Part shown: positions 22,071 through 29,010 of the stretch, in pieces | How positions within the stretch are numbered: the first letter of the stretch is position 1 | How the letters are laid out: each line of letters starts with the position of its first letter | Source: Archaeoglobaceae archaeon | Lineage (GTDB): Archaea; Halobacteriota; Archaeoglobi; Archaeoglobales; Archaeoglobaceae | Assembly (NCBI GenBank): GCA_038893835.1 | Contig: JAWAQR010000016.1 | Span: 1 to 29,010, forward strand | DNA length: 29,010 nt | Direction: 5' to 3' | The notes under the pieces: model-generated | The model's database searches: none | Told to the model about the DNA's origin: nothing | Seen by the model: only the letters and a program-made list of their open reading frames with translations | Program-made: the position numbers and the translations under genes

Positions 22071-22209
22071 AGCTTTCAAGATGCTTCTCTATCATCACCT
22101 TTTCGAAGAATTCTTCAAAAAAGGTATCTTTTCCTGAACGCATCATTCTCATGGGCAAAACAATCTTCGCTGCCCCATTCATCGAAATATGATCCTCATG
22201 CATAAAAAA

Positions 22210-23622
22210 TTATTTCTTTGGAGGCCAGTTCTTCTCCATCCATCCCTTGATTCTTCCCGAATCTATCGGACCAACTAGGACTTTCCAGCCAGTTTCATCT
22301 TCAATCGCTCCCTGAAGCCTTGCTGCAAGTCCGGGAATGATTAGATATCGATGATTTACTTTCTCAGCTATCTTCGTTTCATTTATCAATTCTTTCACTT
22401 TGCTTGCCGTGAACTTTCCACCTGCAACGCTAGCTTCAACGCATATTCCATCCGTGTTCAGAACGAGAAGCCAACCTCTTATCTTAGCGCTGTTCAAGTC
22501 GTTTTCGACTGTGTAATAAGTTAGGGCAAAGTTTGTGGTTATGAAGACTGGGTCCTCTGGAGTGGGATTGTTTATCTCTCTCAGCCCTGGAGAAACTTGC
22601 ACTGGAGTTCGGGGATCTGTGTAAATGTTGAATCGGAGCGTTAATGTTGGCATCACAACGTGCTGATCTAGGCTGTGAAAGATCATGGCATCTGCGTATT
22701 TTACGATGAAGATGCTAGCTATAACTGCCTCCCAGTAAGATTTCGTGACCTCATCTCCTTCTATCATCCAAGCTGCTATTGGTGTTACCATTATTGGATA
22801 GGCTACATCCTTATCTCCATCCAGTATGGCCTTTCTCCTCAGCTGGATCACTCTCTCAAATGTTTTCTGCAAACCCTCTCCCATTGGCTCGGTAACCGGG
22901 TCTAGGACTATATCCTTAACTCCTGCAGATTTAAAGGTAACAGCAAGACTCTTAAGGAGATTCAGATCCTTTGCCCTTAAAACAACTGGAACTTTATAAT
23001 CCAAGGCGAGTTTTAGGAAATCTCTCCAATTCTCCTCAGTTGCAGCATATATCAATGGCCTTTGCTCTGCGGAAACTTCGAGTGCTGCTTTCATGCATTC
23101 CGGATTCAGAGCTACTAAGACCATTGGTTTTCCATAGCCAGCAACTTTCTTTACAACTTCTGCAAACCTCTTTGGATCGTTTGAAGTGCAACGGATTGCA
23201 AATCCATCCAGAGTCAGATATTTACCGACGTAGAACTTTCTATAGCTCACAACTCTATCGCAGCGTTCATCTATCTTCTTATCATCAAGAGAATCCCAGA
23301 TGTCGTAAAAGAAGGCTGTTGGATTGAAGAACGTGAGCTCATGACGGTGTAGAACTTCCTTACCACCTATCTTTATCGCGGAATCCCCAACCCCTATAAC
23401 AACTTCAGCTATCTCAGGAGCTGTAAGTTCTAGCAGTTTTTCAAGCCTCTCTTTCACCTTTGGATCCTTTTCAGCATCCCTTACGAGTGGTTTACAGTCT
23501 AGAATTTTGGCTGATCGATCCAAAACGTGTGAAGCAAAGCTCATGCATGTTTCGTAACCGCATTCTTTGCAGTTCGTTCTGGGGAGCAAGTTGTAAATCT
23601 CGAGCGGACTCTTTACTTTCAT
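22210..23622 (-). CDS. cdhE: ACDS complex gamma subunit (corrinoid Fe-S protein large subunit)
   Basis: LPRTNCKECGYETCMSFA Fe-S motif, IGG.EVLHRHE, NIYTDPR.P, TTNFALTYY.V, IIPGLAA. Start moved to ATG 23622 after a GGAGGTG RBS. Confidence 0.95.
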   Translation of the reverse strand: MKVKSPLEIYNLLPRTNCKECGYETCMSFASHVLDRSAKILDCKPLVRDAEKDPKVKERLEKLLELTAPEIAEVVIGVGDSAIKIGGKEVLHRHELTFFNPTAFFYDIWDSLDDKKIDERCDRVVSYRKFYVGKYLTLDGFAIRCTSNDPKRFAEVVKKVAGYGKPMVLVALNPECMKAALEVSAEQRPLIYAATEENWRDFLKLALDYKVPVVLRAKDLNLLKSLAVTFKSAGVKDIVLDPVTEPMGEGLQKTFERVIQLRRKAILDGDKDVAYPIMVTPIAAWMIEGDEVTKSYWEAVIASIFIVKYADAMIFHSLDQHVVMPTLTLRFNIYTDPRTPVQVSPGLREINNPTPEDPVFITTNFALTYYTVENDLNSAKIRGWLLVLNTDGICVEASVAGGKFTASKVKELINETKIAEKVNHRYLIIPGLAARLQGAIEDETGWKVLVGPIDSGRIKGWMEKNWPPKK

Positions 23623-23624
23623 TC

Positions 23625-24983
23625 TCACACCTCCGCAAAAATCCACTTGTTCTCGTCAGCAACTTTACCCTTAACTTTACCTCCAAGTGTGTTGAAGACT
23701 TCCTTGAGCACCGCAACTGCCAATGGGTGCATCATCATGAAAAGATCAACTCCAGCGAGCGAGAGAGTGAGACCTGTAACTATTTCCCATATGGGTCCAC
23801 GAAGCTCTCTTGGACCCCAAGGTGTATCTCCTTCCAACGGCGATTCCGCCATCCAAGCTTCTCTTGCTCCCCATGCATTTGTAGTTCCGCTGGAAATCGG
23901 GAAATTAAGTTCGTCGTCTCCTTTCAGAGCACTTATCCTTATTCTTTCCATGTTAGTAAAAGCATAGTCCAGTCCATAACCAAGAGCAGCAGTAGTTGGA
24001 TCCATGACAATACTATTTCTTGGCATGTTTGCTCTCCTTAGCAGATATCTGTTTAACATTTTCTGACTGTTTATATCCAACTGAGTCCAGCTAAGCACAA
24101 CGTGTCCATACTTCTTCGCAGCCTCACATATTCTCTGCCAGTCCGTATCAAGCGTCGCACTTGCAAGCATAACTCTTTCTCCTTCTGCTACTTCTGCAGC
24201 TTTTTCAAGCACTTCTGGATCCTTTTCTTTATTACCGCTACCTCCAACAATTATCGGACATTTCACAGCCTGTAAAACTTCTTCAACAACTTTTGCTGCC
24301 TCTCTTGCAGGAGTATTTTCCAGCAGCGGATCTGTACTGATCAGATGGATCGTCACCATGTCGGCGTTGAACTTCTTTACACATTTCTTTGCCCACTCAG
24401 CCGGGCTACCTATCACATCTTCGTAATGAACTCTAACAGCTTTGGCCAATGCTGGTGGACGATCAAAGACATCGATTGCAATTGCTGGAAGATGAGGCTG
24501 AGATTTATCGAATATGTAAAACGGAAGACTTTTTTCTCCTCCAAGCTTTATAACATAATCTCTACTTCCCCCATCGGCCTTTGTGGCACCTAAGACAACT
24601 TCTTCTATATATCCAGTATACTCGACCTTGGGCGGCTCAAACTTCGCCTCTATCAGCTTTTCCGGTATTTTAACTTCAGGTATTTTCACTTCCGGAGGTG
24701 CTTTCACTTCTGGTACAGCGGGAATTTGTACTGGGGAAATTGGAAGTTGAATTCCAAGCATCGTCGATAGCCTTTGTAAATACGTTAACGCCATGTTTGC
24801 ATGATAGAGAAAGTTTGCAAACTCATTCAACAAACTTTGAATGGCTGCAAAGGCTGTTAGATTCACTGCAGATCCCTCAAGCTCTATTTCGAGGTCTCCA
24901 TCAATTCTTACATCTTCAATTACCTCTACATCATATTTCTTAAGCAGAGCTAAAAAATCCTCAAAAGTGAACCTCTTTGCCAA
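23625..24983 (-). CDS. cdhD: ACDS complex delta subunit (corrinoid Fe-S protein small subunit)
   Basis: LGATKADGG.R, HLISTDP, GGSGNKEKDPEVL, MDPTTAALGYGLDY, NAWGAREAW, MMMHP; TTG start with a GGTGA RBS. Confidence 0.95.
   Translation of the reverse strand: MAKRFTFEDFLALLKKYDVEVIEDVRIDGDLEIELEGSAVNLTAFAAIQSLLNEFANFLYHANMALTYLQRLSTMLGIQLPISPVQIPAVPEVKAPPEVKIPEVKIPEKLIEAKFEPPKVEYTGYIEEVVLGATKADGGSRDYVIKLGGEKSLPFYIFDKSQPHLPAIAIDVFDRPPALAKAVRVHYEDVIGSPAEWAKKCVKKFNADMVTIHLISTDPLLENTPAREAAKVVEEVLQAVKCPIIVGGSGNKEKDPEVLEKAAEVAEGERVMLASATLDTDWQRICEAAKKYGHVVLSWTQLDINSQKMLNRYLLRRANMPRNSIVMDPTTAALGYGLDYAFTNMERIRISALKGDDELNFPISSGTTNAWGAREAWMAESPLEGDTPWGPRELRGPIWEIVTGLTLSLAGVDLFMMMHPLAVAVLKEVFNTLGGKVKGKVADENKWIFAEV
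24658..24714 (-). repeat. Imperfect PEVK(A/I) coding repeat in the CdhD linker
   Basis: Encodes PEVKAP-PEVKI-PEVKI-PEK; TTT(C/A)ACTTC recurs at 15-18 nt spacing on the plus strand. Confidence 0.7.
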
Positions 24984-24987
24984 AATC

Positions 24988-25740
24988 TCACCCCTTCAAA
25001 AACAATTCCGCAACCTTTTTCATTCTCCTATAAACTTCCGAACTCTCATCAAGATTCACTATGGGTAATCCCCTCAAATCCAGCTCAACAACTTTTTCAT
25101 CGTAAGGTAAAACTTCCAGCAGTCTTATTTTTTCCTTCTCTGCAAACTCTTTAATCCTTTTTTCAGCCTCTACATTTGATATTCTGTTCGCAATTAGAAA
25201 TATATCCCTGAAATTCAGCTTAAGCTCTTTAACTAGCTCTTTTATCCTGCTTGCAGTCGAAAGACCCTTTTTTGACATGTCCGTAACGATCAAAACGTAA
25301 TCTGCGCTCTCTATCGTTTTCCTGCTGAAGTGCTCAAGTCCAGCTTCGCTGTCAATTATCACGTATTCGTAATGCTTGGTCAACTTCCTCAAAATTCCAC
25401 GTAGCAAAGAGTTTGCAAAACAGTAACAACCTTCTCCTTCCGGTCTGCCCATTACAAGTAGATCGAAACCGTTGCATTCGCAGATCGTTTCGTATATTTT
25501 CCCTTCCAGCCACTGCTCTTTGTTCAGAGTTCCCATTTCATCTCTGCTCACTTGGAAAATCTCTCTTATATCTCCAAGTGTTCTCTCCACTGTAACTCCC
25601 AGGGCATCGCTTAAATTGCTGTCCGGATCAGCATCAACTGCTAGAACTTTTCTAGACCTCTTAGAAATAAAATGAATTAATAAAGCTGAAACTAGGGTTT
25701 TTCCAGTTCCACCTTTTCCAGTTACCGCTATTGCTGTCAT
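24988..25740 (-). CDS. cooC: CO dehydrogenase/ACS nickel-insertion ATPase (CooC/AcsF)
   Basis: GKGGTGKT deviant Walker A, VDADPDSNL, GRPEGEGCYC (CxC nickel site), DSEAGLEHFSR. Confidence 0.93.
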   Translation of the reverse strand: MTAIAVTGKGGTGKTLVSALLIHFISKRSRKVLAVDADPDSNLSDALGVTVERTLGDIREIFQVSRDEMGTLNKEQWLEGKIYETICECNGFDLLVMGRPEGEGCYCFANSLLRGILRKLTKHYEYVIIDSEAGLEHFSRKTIESADYVLIVTDMSKKGLSTASRIKELVKELKLNFRDIFLIANRISNVEAEKRIKEFAEKEKIRLLEVLPYDEKVVELDLRGLPIVNLDESSEVYRRMKKVAELFLKG

Positions 25741-25826
25741 TCTTCTTCCTCAATTATGAGCTCCGGTATCCTTATCTCTGCTCCAACGAGGATTAACTTA
25801 ACCTTTTTAACTTCCTTTTCCATCAT
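25737..25826 (-). CDS. Putative 29-aa microprotein MMEKEVKKVKLILVGAEIRIPELIIEEEE (not in the ORF track)
   Basis: Fills the cdhC-cooC gap exactly. Its ATG overlaps the cdhC TGA and its TGA overlaps the cooC ATG. GGGGGAG precedes it. It resembles the CdhC C-terminus. Confidence 0.75.
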   Translation of the reverse strand: MMEKEVKKVKLILVGAEIRIPELIIEEEE

Positions 25827-27379
25827 TTCTCCCCCTTCTTCTTTAGCACTATCTTTCCAATAGTAATCTTTGCATCTTTGATAATAAGTTTTATGCCTGC
25901 TGGAGTTACTTGTTGTGTTGGCAATTGTAGGGCAGGTAGCATTGGTTGAATTTGCATAACCTGTGGTGCAACCTGAACCTGCGTCACTGGCGCAGCTGGT
26001 GCTGCTGGCACTTCGGGAACTTTCTCAGGTTTAACTTCGACCTTCTCTTCCTTAACACCGACAACTTCTGGCCATCCATTTGTTATCTTCTTTCCATCCA
26101 CCTTCCTCACAACTCCTCTGACAACTGGATGATCCACTTTCTTAAGGAACTCCTTGAGCTCCTCGATTGTCTTTGCATTCTCTTCAGTCGCTATTTTATC
26201 TCTCACGTCTTCGGGAATATACTTTGCAACTCTCTCTTTTAATTCCTTGGGCATCCAGACTACTCTATACCATCCTCCATCTGCCTGAAGGAACTTCTTG
26301 CTTCTGAAATACGCGATTCCAATTCCCAGAAATCCTAGAACTTGTTTACCGCCACCAGTCTGCCCTGCCATCGATGAGAAGCTTAGACCATTTGGCGCTA
26401 AGTGTGGATAACCTCTGTGAACAAAACCTATTCCATCAACTTCTGGCATGTAAAAGCCAATCACTTCGAAACATCCGCAGCTTGTGTGTGGATACTCAAA
26501 GAAGCTATGTAATTTTATCCTTTCAACTTCTCCACCGCTTTCCTGCTTTGCAAACTCATTAACTCCAGAGTATTCACCTCCAATTGGATCTATCACTTCT
26601 CCTTTTGGCACAGCTCTGTTTGGTCCTTCAGGGTCAACTTTTGCAGCAGCTCTTCCATCAAACCAAGTTATCGCTCCGCAGAGAGAGGGGCGGTCTGGAG
26701 ATACAATGCATACATTCGTTGGAGCAAAGCTCTGGCAGAGAGTGCATGAGTAAAACTCGTCCACGTCTTCATCGTGCAGAGTTTCAACTCTCCTATCCCT
26801 CTCCTCATATATGGGCATGGCGACTTCCTTCAAGATCTTTTCTACCAAGTTTCTATCTGTTATGTAAACAGCCTCTATTTTCTCGATGAATGGAAGTTCG
26901 TTCTTGTAGAGCATCATCGTCGCCTTTGCTATCTGTATCAGACTCTTCAGACCCTTCTTTACGCAATTTTTACCGATTCTAACCCATATGTCGTATCTCT
27001 GATTCAGGTGCATGTAACCCTCGATGTAGTTCTGGAAATCGTGGTTTCTCCTTTCTATAACCGGCTCGAGATCTGTTTCAACCATGCTTCCGGCAATGTA
27101 GTACAGCATGCCATATGGATAGCTTTCTCCCTCCTTCATTTCATCCAGATCTGGACCAACTAAAGTTACTTTCATGTCTTCAACTTGTTCTGCAGGTAAA
27201 GCCATGACCAATTCGAACTTTACTTGCTTTGGCCCTCCAAGTTCAACATACATGTCTTCTTTGCGAATTCTTTCCCCTTCATACATCGGAGAAATGTCAA
27301 ATGGGAATTTATCTTCTGGCCCAACGCTTACTTTAACCTTTGCACCAGCGGGAATTTCGATCTTCTTTCTTTCAACCAT
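25823..27379 (-). CDS. cdhC: ACDS complex beta subunit (acetyl-CoA synthase)
   Basis: FPFDISPMYEGERIRK, DLEPVIERR.H, HLNQR, CTLCQSFAP, SLCGAI, HTSCGCFE (A-cluster ligands), GGGKQ; GGTGGAG RBS. Confidence 0.97.
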   Translation of the reverse strand: MVERKKIEIPAGAKVKVSVGPEDKFPFDISPMYEGERIRKEDMYVELGGPKQVKFELVMALPAEQVEDMKVTLVGPDLDEMKEGESYPYGMLYYIAGSMVETDLEPVIERRNHDFQNYIEGYMHLNQRYDIWVRIGKNCVKKGLKSLIQIAKATMMLYKNELPFIEKIEAVYITDRNLVEKILKEVAMPIYEERDRRVETLHDEDVDEFYSCTLCQSFAPTNVCIVSPDRPSLCGAITWFDGRAAAKVDPEGPNRAVPKGEVIDPIGGEYSGVNEFAKQESGGEVERIKLHSFFEYPHTSCGCFEVIGFYMPEVDGIGFVHRGYPHLAPNGLSFSSMAGQTGGGKQVLGFLGIGIAYFRSKKFLQADGGWYRVVWMPKELKERVAKYIPEDVRDKIATEENAKTIEELKEFLKKVDHPVVRGVVRKVDGKKITNGWPEVVGVKEEKVEVKPEKVPEVPAAPAAPVTQVQVAPQVMQIQPMLPALQLPTQQVTPAGIKLIIKDAKITIGKIVLKKKGEK

Positions 27380-27643
27380 AACTCCACCCCCATAGCTAGT
27401 ACTTGAACTTTTTTTGTCAAACTCCTATTTGTATTTATCGGTTTTTTCGTTGAAGCATTTAACATTATTTCTCATCAAAACAAGGAGGGAGCGACTAAAT
27501 TTAGCTGTTTAAGAACGTTGAAACTAAAATTTTAGCAAAATATTATTTTGAATAATTTTTTTATTATAAGTATCAGATTGTATTAAAAATAAAATAAGTA
27601 GTAATATCAGAAAATTTATATATCAGTCGAGCAAAACTTAAAC
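27380..27643. promoter_or_regulatory. AT-rich divergent regulatory region between the cdhC operon and sec61beta
   Basis: Longest intergenic gap between intact genes here (264 nt). BRE/TATA CAGAAAA-TTTATATA (TATA 27615-27622) lies 21 nt before the sec61beta ATG. Several palindromes are present. Confidence 0.65.
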
Positions 27644-27826
27644 ATGGCCAAAGCTGCGAAAACAAAGGCGAGGACACCACCTTTAATGTCCTCCGCTGGG
27701 ATAATGAGATATTTTGAAGAGGAAAAGACAAAAGTAAGGATTAGTCCAAAGACAGTCTTAATAACTGGAATTTTGACTGGGTTCATCGTAATAATCTTCA
27801 ACGCCTTCTATGGTCTTTGGCCTTGA
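27644..27826 (+). CDS. secG: Preprotein translocase subunit Sec61beta
   Basis: 60 aa; basic N-terminus, LMSSAGIMRYFEEE..ISP motif and a single C-terminal TM helix. Confidence 0.92.
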   Translation: MAKAAKTKARTPPLMSSAGIMRYFEEEKTKVRISPKTVLITGILTGFIVIIFNAFYGLWP

Positions 27827-28458
27827 AGCGCTTTAACAATTGCTTTTTCCATAGCTTTTTTGTGAGCATTTCCAGCCTTATGTATTCCCCCTCCTGGCCC
27901 TCTTGAGGCGGTGCATGGAAATATTTGTGCGTAATAACCAGCCTTTTCCGGAGCCTCTTCAATTCTAATCCCTTTCAACTTTTCGGCGACAAAGTAACTT
28001 GCCCCGCAAAAAGCGGATCTTAATACTTTCACGTTCTTTATAACTCCATTTTCTATTTCAACTTCAAATTCTGGGGTTCCAAAGTATTTAAAGAATTCAT
28101 GGTCTCCAAGCTTTGGAGTTGTGCAGCAAATCTCTTCCCATACAACTTTAATCCCAAATCTTTCTCCTAGGGATTTCAGTTGCTTGTAAGACCCGGCTTT
28201 GGATCCGCCAGAGATTATCACGATTTTCCCACCTTTTTTTGAAACCTGTTCTATCAGTTCAATGTTTATATCTGGATGGTTTGCAAAGGAAACAACGAGT
28301 TCCGGAACCTTCTGTGGCAACTTCAAAAATTCCGATGGGTTCTCGATGACTTCAGGTAAGTCTTCCGGTAAATAATAGCATTCCACATCAAAGTATCTTG
28401 AAAAAAGCTCCAATTCTCTTTTTCTTTGCCCTTTTCTAAGTAAGACTCCTATTTTCAT
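27808..28458 (-). CDS. DUF166 family protein
   Basis: LPEVIENP, HPDI, EICC, FG.PEFEV, V.VLRSAFCGAS.FVA, PCTASRG and IHKAG..H pattern; ATGA overlap with the upstream CooC-like gene. Confidence 0.75.
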   Translation of the reverse strand: MKIGVLLRKGQRKRELELFSRYFDVECYYLPEDLPEVIENPSEFLKLPQKVPELVVSFANHPDINIELIEQVSKKGGKIVIISGGSKAGSYKQLKSLGERFGIKVVWEEICCTTPKLGDHEFFKYFGTPEFEVEIENGVIKNVKVLRSAFCGASYFVAEKLKGIRIEEAPEKAGYYAQIFPCTASRGPGGGIHKAGNAHKKAMEKAIVKALQGQRP

Positions 28459-29010
28459 CTCAAGATCTCCTCAATTGCCCTCTTTATCTTTAAAAATGGC
28501 TCTAGATCGCAGAGCTTGTATGGAGGAATGTTCTCTATGTCCGCCTTAATAAAGCATTCGCTGTACGGAATCACTCCGAGAATTGGATATCTTATCCTCG
28601 CAAGCAATCGCTTAGACAATTCGTTATCAACGAATTTGTTAACGACGACAGCAAGTTTTTCTATCCCTATATCTTCAGCCAATTTTTTTATCCTTTCCAA
28701 AGTCTCAATCGCCCTACTTCCAGGTTCAACAACTGCGATCAGCAGGTCCACTCCTCTAGCAGTCCCCCTGCCGAGATGCTCAATACCGGCTTCCATGTCG
28801 AGAATGAGGATATCCTTTTCCCTGAAAATTGCATGTCTTAGAATTGCTCTAAGAAATGCATTTTCAGGACAAAAACATCCCTCTCCACCCTTTTCTATCG
28901 TTCCAAGAACCAATACTCTTACACCATCCTCATTATAAACAGAATAAGTCTCAAATATATCGTCAACTTTTGGATTTAGCCTGTAAGTTCCTAAAGGCAT
29001 TAAAACGCGC
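28455..29010 (-). CDS. Second CooC-family ATPase, 5' part outside the window
   Basis: LNPKVDD, GGEGCFCPENA (CxC), DMEAGIEHLGRGT, VVEP, VVNK; the frame stays open to the window edge and Walker A is not included. Confidence 0.9.
   Translation of the reverse strand, partial: RVLMPLGTYRLNPKVDDIFETYSVYNEDGVRVLVLGTIEKGGEGCFCPENAFLRAILRHAIFREKDILILDMEAGIEHLGRGTARGVDLLIAVVEPGSRAIETLERIKKLAEDIGIEKLAVVVNKFVDNELSKRLLARIRYPILGVIPYSECFIKADIENIPPYKLCDLEPFLKIKRAIEEILR

Noticed and set aside
22045-22203. 52-aa minus-strand ORF starting 6 nt after the cdhE stop, and the palindrome GAAGAATTCTTC at 22105-22116
   Set aside because: No RBS, no recognisable motif, overlaps the tgt 3' end, and is preceded by a T-tract that looks like the cdhE terminator; a single 12-bp palindrome in 29 kb is expected by chance.

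Overview
Gene-dense archaeal core-genome window. Gene content and protein style suggest Archaeoglobales (inference): gyrB and top6B without their A subunits, a cdhC-cooC-cdhD-cdhE operon, an HPS-RraA fusion and a bacterial-type tgt. From left to right it holds a multiply deleted P-type ATPase remnant, ilvC, a SAM methyltransferase, an ATP-cone/Mrr-type nuclease fusion, hsp20, cdc48, larC, radB, pth2, a small conserved protein, a ThiF/MoeB E1-like enzyme, gyrB, an SplB-like radical SAM enzyme, Nre, an MFS transporter and tRNA-Pro(TGG). It continues with the HTH-HMG-CoA synthase-thiolase-DUF35 mevalonate-entry operon, HPS-RraA, lrp-top6B-tgt, the ACDS beta/CooC/delta/gamma operon, Sec61beta, DUF166 and a second, partial CooC. 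No CRISPR array, integrase or transposase was seen. The most notable observations are: (1) an unannotated 29-aa ORF coupled by ATGA overlaps on both sides between cdhC and cooC, which copies the C-terminal motif of CdhC; (2) a thiolase whose catalytic Cys is replaced by Asp; (3) a bacterial-type TGT with a GGSLG pocket, abutting top6B; (4) the ATP-cone nuclease; (5) an acidic cofactor loop in IlvC suggesting NADH use.
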